Below are positions 8,532-17,021 of a stretch of 34,774 nt of DNA, in pieces. Under the pieces are notes generated by a model that worked only from the letters and a program-made list of their open reading frames with translations, made no database searches and was not told where the DNA came from. Both the position numbers and the translations under genes were made by a program. Source of the stretch: Spirochaetales bacterium (GTDB lineage Bacteria; Spirochaetota; Spirochaetia; JAGLYY01); NCBI GenBank assembly GCA_023131935.1, contig JAGLYY010000224.1, positions 1-34,774 of the forward strand, in the 5' to 3' direction. Numbering within the stretch: the stretch's first letter is position 1; every line of letters begins with the position of its first letter.

Positions 8532-10679
8532 TTAGTGTCTATGTTGATTAGACCTGCCTGAGTCGTGGCGGGGTTTCCGGTGATCGTGATGCGAACTTCC
8601 TTGAGGATCAATAGCGTCGATGTAGCTTAAGTTAATTCTGCCCATCCTATCAATCTCAATAATCTTTACCTGTATTTGCTGCTCAAGCTTCAGTACATCG
8701 GATACTTTTTCAACCCTTTGTCTGGAAAGTTTGGAAATGTGACACAATCCATCCTTTCCCGGAAGAATTTCAACAAAAGCGCCGAAATCAACAATCCGTT
8801 TGACCGTACCCAGGTATACTTTTCCAACCTCAGGCTCTTCAACAAGCCCTCTGATCATTTCTTCAGCAAGACTGGCGCCTTCCTGGTTTTTACTGTAAAT
8901 GGTGATGGTCCCATCATTGTCTATGTTAACAGTTGTATCAGTTTTCTCGCTGATGGCTTTAACATTTTTGCCGCCAGGGCCTATTACCGCGCCAATCTTA
9001 TCCTGTTCAACTTTTATGATGGAAATTTTGGGCGCGTACTCTGAAATAGAACTTTCCGGAGTTCTGATAACTTCGTTCATGATACCGAGGATGTGGAGTC
9101 TTCCTTTATGGGCCTGATCAAGCGCCCGGGCCATAATTTCCGCGGAAACCTGCTTGATTTTAATATCCATCTGAAAAGCGGTGATGCCGTCTTCGGTTCC
9201 AGCGACTTTAAAGTCCATATCACCAAGATGGTCCTCCTCACCGAGGATATCGCTTAAAACCACTGTATTGGTTTCATCACTGATGAGTCCCATTGCGATA
9301 CCAGCAACAGGTTTTTTAATAGGTATACCAGCCTGAAGCAGACTCAAGGACCCCCCACACACCGTCGCCATGGAAGAAGAACCATTAGATTCGAGAACTT
9401 CTGATACAACCCTGATGGTATAGGGAAAATTCTCCTTCGAAGGAAGGACCCCGGCGATTGCACGTTTGGCGAGATGGCCATGTCCAATTTCCCTTCGACC
9501 AGTACCAAGCCGGCCGGTTTCCCCTACAGAGAAGGGAGGGAAGTTGTAATGGAGCATGAAATTATCAAACCGTTTCTCTCCATCGATATCGTCTTTCATC
9601 TGTTCATCAAAAACTGTTCCCAGTGTGGTAACCGCAAGAGCTTGAGTTTCGCCGCGGGTAAAAAGGGCGCTTCCGTGGGTACGGGGCAGTATTTTAATTT
9701 CACAGGAAATAGGGCGAATATCTTCCGGCCCTCTACCGTCGGTACGTATCCCTTTCTCAATGATTGATTTCCTGACAATCGTAGATTCAAGTTCTTCAAA
9801 AACCTCATTGAAAAGTTTTAGCTGCTCCTCTGGAATATCCTCCTCAAATCGGGTAAAAATGTCATTTTTCACCTGCTTGATGGCAGCATAGCGTTCCATT
9901 TTTCCCTTAACGAAACAGGCTTCTTCCATAAGAGAATATGCAGCTTTAATAATATCTTCCCTTTTCGGAAAGCTTTCATCAACCTCAGGAAGGGGCAATT
10001 TCTCTTTTCCAGCAAGCCTGGCAAGTTCAATTTGAGCATTACAGATCTCTTTAATAGTTACTTCGGCTTTGCTGATTGCTTTAATCATCAGATCTTCAGA
10101 GACCTCTTTTCCCCCTCCCTCAACCATGGTGATACCATGTTCGGTGCCGGCAACAACGATCTCTAGTTCCGATGCTTCAATTTGCGCAAAAGTAGGGTTC
10201 AGGATAAGTTCTTCATCAAGATAACAGACCCGAACTGAACCGGTAGGTCCATCAAAGGGGATATCAGATATGGTAACTGCAGCTGATGAAGCAATCATGG
10301 CAATCACATCTGGTGGATTAATCTGGTCGGCGGAAATAACCGTCGGTACAACCTGAATCTCTCTTCCAAATTTCTTTGAAAAGAGGGGTCTCATCGGGCG
10401 GTCAATCAACCGTGAAACAAGGATTTCCTTGTCTTTCGGTCGTGCTTCCCTTTTGAGGAACCCACCGGGAATTTTCCCCGCCGCGTAGAACTTTTCATTG
10501 TACTCAACCTGGAGAGGGACGTAGTCAAGTTCAGATTCCCTGCCGCCGCAGCAGGCGGTAGCAATTACCGCGCTTTCACCAAAACGGGCAAAAACAGATC
10601 CATTTGCCTGTTTGGCCATTTTTCCTGTTTCAAGTATGAGTTCTTTGTCACCAATTTTAATTGTGACTGAGTGTGGCAT
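8532..10679 (-). CDS. pnp: Polyribonucleotide nucleotidyltransferase (PNPase)
   Basis: AAGKIPGGFLKRE, SRLIDRPMRPLF, ESNGSSSMA and EDHLGDMDFKVAGT; KH and S1 domains. Confidence 0.98.
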   Translation of the reverse strand: MPHSVTIKIGDKELILETGKMAKQANGSVFARFGESAVIATACCGGRESELDYVPLQVEYNEKFYAAGKIPGGFLKREARPKDKEILVSRLIDRPMRPLFSKKFGREIQVVPTVISADQINPPDVIAMIASSAAVTISDIPFDGPTGSVRVCYLDEELILNPTFAQIEASELEIVVAGTEHGITMVEGGGKEVSEDLMIKAISKAEVTIKEICNAQIELARLAGKEKLPLPEVDESFPKREDIIKAAYSLMEEACFVKGKMERYAAIKQVKNDIFTRFEEDIPEEQLKLFNEVFEELESTIVRKSIIEKGIRTDGRGPEDIRPISCEIKILPRTHGSALFTRGETQALAVTTLGTVFDEQMKDDIDGEKRFDNFMLHYNFPPFSVGETGRLGTGRREIGHGHLAKRAIAGVLPSKENFPYTIRVVSEVLESNGSSSMATVCGGSLSLLQAGIPIKKPVAGIAMGLISDETNTVVLSDILGEEDHLGDMDFKVAGTEDGITAFQMDIKIKQVSAEIMARALDQAHKGRLHILGIMNEVIRTPESSISEYAPKISIIKVEQDKIGAVIGPGGKNVKAISEKTDTTVNIDNDGTITIYSKNQEGASLAEEMIRGLVEEPEVGKVYLGTVKRIVDFGAFVEILPGKDGLCHISKLSRQRVEKVSDVLKLEQQIQVKIIEIDRMGRINLSYIDAIDPQGSSHHDHRKPRHDSGRSNQHRH

Positions 10680-10683
10680 TGTA

Positions 10684-10953
10684 TTACTTCCTTAAATTTA
10701 GTTTTTTCAGGATTTCCCGATATTTATCAAGTTCCGTACGTTTCAGGTATGTTAAAAGTCTTCTTCTCTGTCCTACCATCTTCAGCAGGCCCCGTCTGGA
10801 AGCGTGATCTTTCTTATGTTCCTTGAAGTGTTCTGTGAGATCCTGAATCCGGGCGGTCAGAAGCGCAATTTGAACCTCTGTCGAACCTGTATTTTTTTCA
10901 TCCAGTCCAAAATCCTTGACGATAGCCATTTTCTGTTCTTTGGTTAAAGCCAT
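10684..10953 (-). CDS. rpsO: 30S ribosomal protein S15
   Basis: [13 protein letters not shown]...[25 protein letters not shown] 10953 chosen because it lies 7 nt from the AGGAG SD. Confidence 0.98.
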   Translation of the reverse strand: MALTKEQKMAIVKDFGLDEKNTGSTEVQIALLTARIQDLTEHFKEHKKDHASRRGLLKMVGQRRRLLTYLKRTELDKYREILKKLNLRK

Positions 10954-11055
10954 TCTCATTCTCCTTTATGTATGGCAAATAGTAATGATATGCAAATAAA
11001 TCCCCTTACGGGAGTTGTTGAATACTATGGGTAAATTGATATGTATTCATTGACC

Positions 11056-11083
11056 AGTTTACCCAAAAAAGTACAAAAGTCAA
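11056..11083 (-). promoter_or_regulatory. Putative sigma70 promoter for rpsO-pnp
   Basis: TTGACT-N16-TAAACT on the minus strand, just downstream of the truB stop. Confidence 0.55.
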
Positions 11084-11088
11084 TCTAT

Positions 11089-12000
11089 CTACTGTTTTCC
11101 ATTTTTAAAATCATACTTTTGTTTCGGTATCACAAACTCATACTTATAGGTTTCTCCTCTGTGGGAACAGAGGGCTATAAATTGATTATCTTCGTCGATG
11201 AAGGCGAAATACCCCTCCTGGGGGTGTGTAAAACCTGACAAATGTTTCTCTATTCCAGCACCTGTAAGTACTTGCTTAATCGATTGTTTATCTAATAAAA
11301 TCTTCTGAATCCCCCCTATCCGGTCGATAGCTTTTATCCCTTCGAAAAAGTCACTTTCAGGAGAAAATTCCTCAGGCGTTTTTCCATCCTCGACCAGGTA
11401 CGGTCCTACCGCGGTTCTTCTAAGGGAGGTGAGATACCCGCAGGAACCGCTGCTTCGTCCGAGGTCCCTCGCAAGGCTCCTGATATAGGTTCCTTTTCCG
11501 CAGATTACCTTTATCGTAAGATAAGGTGGTTTCCACCCAAGAATAGAAAGCTCCTTTATCTGAACTTCCCTCCCGGGCATTTCAACAATTTCCCCCGCCC
11601 GAACCCTTTCGTGAGCCCGTTTCCCATTAATATGAATCGCTGAATATGCGGGGGGGCGTTGTTTTATGGTGCCGCGAAATGTGGGGAGAACTTCTTCAAT
11701 GGTGCCAAGGTCCGGAACCGGAGCCGTTTGAATAAGTGCCCCCTCCGGATCCAAAGTATCGGTTTCCTTGCCGAAGCAGATTATTCCCTCATAGGTTTTA
11801 TCCATCCCGGTGATGTGAGGAACAAGTTTTGTGAATTGTCCGGTGAGAACAACGAGAATGCCGGATGCAAATTTGTCGAGGGTCCCTGTATGACCTACCC
11901 TTTTCTCATTAAGGACACGTTTAACCCTGGAAAGGGCCTGAAATGAGGTGACCCCTTCAGGTTTATCAAGAAGAAGGAGACCTGAAGCTCTTTTTCTCAA
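11089..12000 (-). CDS. truB: tRNA pseudouridine(55) synthase TruB
   Basis: LDKPEGVTS, VGHTGTLD, QRPPAYSAIHINGKRA and CGKGTYIRSLARDLG. TTG start overlaps the rbfA stop. Confidence 0.96.
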   Translation of the reverse strand: MRKRASGLLLLDKPEGVTSFQALSRVKRVLNEKRVGHTGTLDKFASGILVVLTGQFTKLVPHITGMDKTYEGIICFGKETDTLDPEGALIQTAPVPDLGTIEEVLPTFRGTIKQRPPAYSAIHINGKRAHERVRAGEIVEMPGREVQIKELSILGWKPPYLTIKVICGKGTYIRSLARDLGRSSGSCGYLTSLRRTAVGPYLVEDGKTPEEFSPESDFFEGIKAIDRIGGIQKILLDKQSIKQVLTGAGIEKHLSGFTHPQEGYFAFIDEDNQFIALCSHRGETYKYEFVIPKQKYDFKNGKQ

Positions 12001-12344
12001 GTATTCAGTTCCTCAATCTTTTTAATCATGTTGAAGCCATCTTCTATTGAATTGTCAAGGATAAATATTAATTTCGGGGTCTGTCTAATCTTCAGTTTTT
12101 TGCCGAGGATGCCCTGAATAAAGCCTGTAGCGTGATTCAAAGCATCAACAGAAGATTGGAGTTTTTTGCGGCCTTCAAATCCGGATATATAGATTTTAGC
12201 GTATGCTATATCCTTCGAGACATCAACATCTGAAATCGATATCATGGTTGTAACACGGGGATCTTTAATGATCCCTTTCATAATCATCATACTGATTTCT
12301 TCTCTTAACAGGCTTTTTACCCGTTCCAGTCTATGTTCTGCCAT
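11997..12344 (-). CDS. rbfA: Ribosome-binding factor A
   Basis: IKDPRV, VDVSKDIAYAKIY and IRQTPKLIFILDNSIE; lies between infB and truB. Confidence 0.96.
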   Translation of the reverse strand: MAEHRLERVKSLLREEISMMIMKGIIKDPRVTTMISISDVDVSKDIAYAKIYISGFEGRKKLQSSVDALNHATGFIQGILGKKLKIRQTPKLIFILDNSIEDGFNMIKKIEELNT

Positions 12345-12352
12345 CGGTCCTT

Positions 12353-14884
12353 CTATTTATTTTCCGGCTTACCGAGTTTCTTCGCGATCTCTTTAATCTC
12401 AAAGACTTCAAGCTGATCTCCAACCTGAATGTCCTGGAAGGTCTCAATACCGATACCACATTCGTATCCGGCATCAACTTCCCTGGCATCTTCTTTAAAC
12501 CGCTTGAGACTGGTGATTTTTCCGGTATGCTGTTCAATACCTTCACGGAATACTCTGACATTGGATCCCCGTTTTACCTTACCGGTAAGAACATAGGTAC
12601 CTGCAATAACACCAATCTTTGGTACTTTGAAGGTATCCCGTACCTCTATGGTAGCAACGACCTCCTCCTTGAGTTCAGGAGCAAGCAGCCCTTCCATCGC
12701 TGATCGGATATCATCAACAGCATCATAGATGATGTTATACTTCCGGATTTCAACTTTTTCCCGGTCGGCTAGTATCTGAGCCTTTGAGGTCGGCCGAACG
12801 TGGAAGCCAATGATAATTGCGTTTGAAGCGACCGCCAGGTTAACATCGTTCTCAATAACTGCACCGGCAGATGTATGAATTGCAGTGAGCCGAATCTCCT
12901 TGGTGCTGAGCTTTTCAAGAGCGCTTTTGAGGGCTTCAACAGAACCGTGTACATCACCCTTGATGATAACCTTGAGTTCCTTAATCTCGCCGTCCTGGAT
13001 TGAATCGTAGAGATTATCCAGAGTAATTTTCTTGACGTTTGCGGCTTCACCCTGTTTTTCGAGCTCCTGACGTTTTGCACCGATTTGTCTCGCGAACTTT
13101 TCGGATTCTGTTACCTGAAAAGGTGCTCCGGCATCAGGAATTCCTGTAAAACCAAGGATTTCAATAGGTATTGCCGGCGGTGCTTCGGTAATCTTATTTC
13201 CCTTGTCATCAAATATAGCTCGAACCTTGCCAGGATAGACTCCAGCAACAAAAGCATCACCAATGCGCAGGGTACCCCTTTCTATTATGACTGTGGACAC
13301 AATACCCCGGCCATGATCAACCTTTGATTCAATAATCTTTCCCTCAGCCCGACAGCTGTAATTTGCTTTTAACTCAAGAACCTCTGCCTGTAAGAGGATG
13401 CTGTCAAGAAGTTCAGCAACTCCCTGTCCCTTCAAAGCGGATAGTTCAGCGAAAATCGTTGAACCGCCCCAATCTTCCGGAATGAGATTGTATTCCGAAA
13501 GTTGCTGTTTTACCCTATCGGGATTCGCTTCGGGGAGATCAATTTTATTAACAGCTACTATGATAGGAACTCCTGCCTCTTTAGCATGGTTCAGCGCTTC
13601 TACTGTTTGGGGCATAACACCATCGTTTGCGGCGACAACCAGCACAACGATGTCAGTAACCTGTGCTCCACGAGCCCGCATGAGAGTAAATGCTTCATGG
13701 CCGGGAGTATCAAGGAAAATGATATCTCCCTGAGGGAGAGCCACTTTGTACGCTCCAATATGTTGGGTGATTCCACCGAATTCACCAGCGACTACATCGG
13801 ACTTTCGGATGGTATCCAGGAGTTTTGTTTTACCATGATCAACGTGACCCATCACCGTTACAATGGGAGGGCGAGTCTTCAGATCCTCATCCTGGTCTTT
13901 TTCGCTCTCTATGATGGTTTCATCGTAGAGTGAGACAATTTTAACCTTCGCGCCATATTCTTCGGCAACAACGGCGGCTGTTTCCGCGTCAATCTGTTGA
14001 TTGATGGTGACCATCATTCCAAGTCCCATCAGTTTCCCGATGATTTCCGAAGCTTTCAGATTCATTTTTTTTGCGAGATCACTGACCGTAATGACCTCCA
14101 TCATATCGATTTCCTTGGGCACAGGATTCGATCTCTGGACGGTCTTCTTCTTTATCTGAAAATCTTTCTCTTTAAGATTCTGTTTCTTACTCTTCTGATA
14201 GGCAGGTTTCTTTTTTGCTTTATAGAATTTTTTCCCTGCCGGTTTTTTATCTCCTACTGGCGGAGCAGTTTGCTCGGGTTTAAATCCGGGACGCTGCTGA
14301 GGTCTGAAATTCCGCTGAGGTCCTCTATTTCCTCCAGGTCCGCCTGTTTGAGGTCTACCGCCCTGGGATGGTCTTCCACCCTGGGGAGGTCTACCACCCT
14401 GTGTTGGACGTCGATTTGGTCCTTCACCGCCTGCTGGGGGTCTTCGGTTATAACCTCCCCTGTTCCCACCGGTTCTGGGTCGGGGTTTCTCATTAGCAAA
14501 AATACCCTTGTTATAGGGTTCGGAGGGTGTTCGGGCAGGATGTGCTTTACGGGGATGCCGGTGACCTTCTGTCCCCTCGGCAACCATCTTTTTAGCATAT
14601 GTCTTTGCTGCTTGAGGTTTGCGGCCGGCTATTCCGGTCCTAACGGGCTTTTCCTTTCCAGGTCCGGATGAAGATGGAGCCTTTACGCGGGGTTCTTCTT
14701 CAACGGATGGTTTCTCATCTTTCTTAGCGACAACCCTGGGCACAGTTTTCTTGGTCCGCTTTTTAACAACAACTACCTTCTTCCGTTCCAGCTTCGTTTC
14801 TTCCACGGCAGCTGCCGATTCTGGTTTCCTGTGTTTTATAAGAGTCGCTTTTGGTTTCTGTTTCTTTTCCTGCTCTTCAGCCAT
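12353..14884 (-). CDS. infB: Translation initiation factor IF-2
   Basis: [34 protein letters not shown] and NKID; low-complexity N-terminal region. Confidence 0.99.
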   Translation of the reverse strand: MAEEQEKKQKPKATLIKHRKPESAAAVEETKLERKKVVVVKKRTKKTVPRVVAKKDEKPSVEEEPRVKAPSSSGPGKEKPVRTGIAGRKPQAAKTYAKKMVAEGTEGHRHPRKAHPARTPSEPYNKGIFANEKPRPRTGGNRGGYNRRPPAGGEGPNRRPTQGGRPPQGGRPSQGGRPQTGGPGGNRGPQRNFRPQQRPGFKPEQTAPPVGDKKPAGKKFYKAKKKPAYQKSKKQNLKEKDFQIKKKTVQRSNPVPKEIDMMEVITVSDLAKKMNLKASEIIGKLMGLGMMVTINQQIDAETAAVVAEEYGAKVKIVSLYDETIIESEKDQDEDLKTRPPIVTVMGHVDHGKTKLLDTIRKSDVVAGEFGGITQHIGAYKVALPQGDIIFLDTPGHEAFTLMRARGAQVTDIVVLVVAANDGVMPQTVEALNHAKEAGVPIIVAVNKIDLPEANPDRVKQQLSEYNLIPEDWGGSTIFAELSALKGQGVAELLDSILLQAEVLELKANYSCRAEGKIIESKVDHGRGIVSTVIIERGTLRIGDAFVAGVYPGKVRAIFDDKGNKITEAPPAIPIEILGFTGIPDAGAPFQVTESEKFARQIGAKRQELEKQGEAANVKKITLDNLYDSIQDGEIKELKVIIKGDVHGSVEALKSALEKLSTKEIRLTAIHTSAGAVIENDVNLAVASNAIIIGFHVRPTSKAQILADREKVEIRKYNIIYDAVDDIRSAMEGLLAPELKEEVVATIEVRDTFKVPKIGVIAGTYVLTGKVKRGSNVRVFREGIEQHTGKITSLKRFKEDAREVDAGYECGIGIETFQDIQVGDQLEVFEIKEIAKKLGKPENK
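14351..14404 (-). repeat. Three degenerate 18-bp tandem repeats encoding (x)QGGRP in the IF-2 N-terminus
   Basis: aggtctaccgccctggga / tggtcttccaccctgggg / aggtctaccaccctgtgt, encoding [18 protein letters not shown]. Confidence 0.8.
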
Positions 14885-14947
14885 ATATCCTCTTTATCGC
14901 ATTCGGCTTTTTCTATAATAATCGATTCCAGCCGAATCCAATGATAT

Positions 14948-16393
14948 CTATTCCTCTTCCTCTATCTCGAAGCTCAGTCCAACCCCACAGTTTGGACATT
15001 GGGTCATGTCAACAGAAATTGCATTCCCACATTCAGGACACTCGAAGTATTCCTCTTCAGGCTCCTCTTCTGCTTCTTCTGTATCTTCCGATTCTTCTTC
15101 GATAATGTCAACATTCTCGAGAATGATCGATTTAATCTTCTTTATATCCTCTTCGCTCAAGTTTTCAAACTTGGCAAGTTCCTCATCTGTAAGAGACACG
15201 AGAGTTTCAATAAGTTCTATACCATCCTCGTAAAGGATATTGATAATATGTTCAGGAAGCCCTGGAAGTTCGGAAATTCGGATAATTTCCTCTTCTTCCT
15301 CGTAATCTCGAAAGAGTGCCTCAACAGCCCTTTTAGATTCAATGGAGATATCCATTTCCTCGAACTGGGCTTCAGTCTTTACATCAATATTCCAGTCTGT
15401 CAATCTATTAGCAAGACGGACGTTCAATCCCTGTTTTCCGATAGCGAGTGATAACTGGCTTTCATCAACAATAGCAATGGCTTGCCGTTTTGCTTCGTCT
15501 ACAATAACGACCTGTTTGACCTCGGCGGGGGAAAGGGCGTTTTTAACGAACTCCCGGGGATCATTCTCGTATTTAAGAATATCGATTTTCTCCCCCTCAA
15601 GCTCCCTTACAATTGCCTGGATCCGGACACCCTTCATACCGACGCACGCACCGACGGGATCTACATCATCCCTATTAGAGTACACCGCGAGCTTTGTTCG
15701 ATATCCCGGTTCACGCACTATCTTAAATATTTCCACAATCTGATCATATACTTCAGGAACTTCAAGATCGAAAATGCGTTTCACAAAATCGGTATGTGTC
15801 CTCGAAAGGACGATCTGCAGTCCCGAAGGTGTTTTATTTACTTCGTAAATAAGAGCTTTAATGCGGTCATTCGGCCGGTAAATCTCTCTTGGAGATTGAT
15901 ACCGTTTCGGAAGAATACCTTCGATTTTACCAAGATCGACAAAAATGTTCCCATTTCTCTCTCTCTGATAGTAACCGATGATCATTTCACCAACTTTTTC
16001 CTGAAATTCGGAATAGAGGGTGTCTTTCTGTATCTCCCGGAGGGTCTGCTTTGCCTTCTGCTTGGCAGTCTGAACAGCAACCCGGTCGAATTCTTTTATG
16101 TTGATTTCAATCAACAGTTCATCACCGATTTCACATTCATCGTTGAGTTCAAGGGCCTCTTCCAGACTGATTTCAGCAACCGGATCATAAATATCTTCAA
16201 CAATGCTTTTTCTTGCAAAGAGAGCCACATCGTTACCATCTTCACTGAAACGGACTACAGCGTTATCAGCTGTTCCGAATTTCCGTTTATATGCCGCATA
16301 GAGAAAATCTTCTATCGTTTTAACGACAAGTTCCTCTGATATTCCGCGATCTTGCACCAGTGCTTTTATTGCATCAGCTAATTCAGAAGACAT
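14948..16393 (-). CDS. nusA: Transcription termination/antitermination factor NusA with C-terminal CxxC-x10-CxxC Zn ribbon
   Basis: S1 and KH domains, REPGYRTK, DPVGACVGMKGVRIQ and LAIGKQGLNVRLA; C-terminal CPECG...CPNCG. Confidence 0.98.
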   Translation of the reverse strand: MSSELADAIKALVQDRGISEELVVKTIEDFLYAAYKRKFGTADNAVVRFSEDGNDVALFARKSIVEDIYDPVAEISLEEALELNDECEIGDELLIEINIKEFDRVAVQTAKQKAKQTLREIQKDTLYSEFQEKVGEMIIGYYQRERNGNIFVDLGKIEGILPKRYQSPREIYRPNDRIKALIYEVNKTPSGLQIVLSRTHTDFVKRIFDLEVPEVYDQIVEIFKIVREPGYRTKLAVYSNRDDVDPVGACVGMKGVRIQAIVRELEGEKIDILKYENDPREFVKNALSPAEVKQVVIVDEAKRQAIAIVDESQLSLAIGKQGLNVRLANRLTDWNIDVKTEAQFEEMDISIESKRAVEALFRDYEEEEEIIRISELPGLPEHIINILYEDGIELIETLVSLTDEELAKFENLSEEDIKKIKSIILENVDIIEEESEDTEEAEEEPEEEYFECPECGNAISVDMTQCPNCGVGLSFEIEEEE

Positions 16394-16855
16394 CTACTTT
16401 CTGACCTCCTGTGAATATGCTAATTTAGCTTTCTGGATATTTGAACCTTCAATTCTCATTGTATTTCCATCCGCCTCAAGAGTAATAGTAGTACCACCAT
16501 GAAGTATTTTACCCATAATCCATTCCTGGGAATCTGCCAAAAACACTTTAACCAAACGGCCTGTGAAGATGTCAAATTCATCCAGATATTTCAGTTTCCT
16601 GCTCAATCCCGGAGATGATATCTCAAGATTGATCTCCCGTGTATCCTCAACAAGCTCAACACGTGGGCGCAGAGTCTTCGAGACCTCCACGCAGTCACTA
16701 ATAGTAACACCAGTTTCCTGGTGAATGACGATATGAACCTCAAGGATTCCCCGCCTTTGCTGCCGGGCGATCTCGACAATTTCAAAACCAAGCCCTTTGG
16801 TTACAGGCTGTAGTTCCGCGTAAAGATTGTGAGTTTCTTTCGGACGGCTATCCAT
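16394..16855 (-). CDS. rimP: Ribosome maturation factor RimP
   Basis: GVTISDCVEVS and LEISSPGLSRKL; directly upstream of nusA. ATG 16855 follows an AGGAG SD. Confidence 0.93.
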   Translation of the reverse strand: MDSRPKETHNLYAELQPVTKGLGFEIVEIARQQRRGILEVHIVIHQETGVTISDCVEVSKTLRPRVELVEDTREINLEISSPGLSRKLKYLDEFDIFTGRLVKVFLADSQEWIMGKILHGGTTITLEADGNTMRIEGSNIQKAKLAYSQEVRK

Positions 16856-16887
16856 ATCTCTCCTATAAACTCCCACCGCTAAAGCCT

Positions 16888-16915
16888 AAAAAAGGAGTCG
16901 AACCTTCGACTCCCC
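16888..16915 (-). terminator. Intrinsic terminator in the rimP 5' leader (rimP-leader attenuator)
   Basis: Minus strand GGGGAGTCGA-AGGT-TCGACTCC-TTTTTT, located between the predicted promoter and the rimP SD. Confidence 0.8.
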
Positions 16916-16944
16916 ACAAGCTAGCTCATTCAGGATGACAGACA

Positions 16945-16973
16945 ATAATAGCAGGACATCAATTCTTAGTCAA
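16945..16973 (-). promoter_or_regulatory. Putative sigma70 promoter for the rimP-nusA-infB operon
   Basis: TTGACT-N17-TATTAT with an extended -10 TG (TGcTATTAT). Confidence 0.75.
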
Positions 16974-17021
16974 TAACAGGAAAAGAAACCCATACAAATC
17001 ACCGGAACGTACCTTTCCGGA

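Noticed and set aside
11041-11238. 65-aa plus-strand ORF near the truB/rpsO gap, considered as a ribF remnant or small protein
   Set aside because: Mostly antisense to truB, overlaps the rpsO promoter, and shows no RibF-like motif.
13997-14671. 224-aa plus-strand ORF with apparent repeats ([16 protein letters not shown])
   Set aside because: Antisense reading of the infB QGGRP repeat region.
15482-16339. 285-aa plus-strand ORF
   Set aside because: Antisense shadow of nusA, with no SD or domain signature.
16870-16960. Possible tRNA gene (metY-like) upstream of rimP, suggested by GGTTCGACTCC
   Set aside because: No D-arm, anticodon arm, acceptor-stem pairing or CCA can be built around it. 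Kept only as a T-arm-like motif inside the terminator.
17002-17020. CCGGAA-N7-TTCCGG hairpin right after the comF stop, as a terminator
   Set aside because: Only a 6-bp stem with no immediate U-tract; too weak to call.
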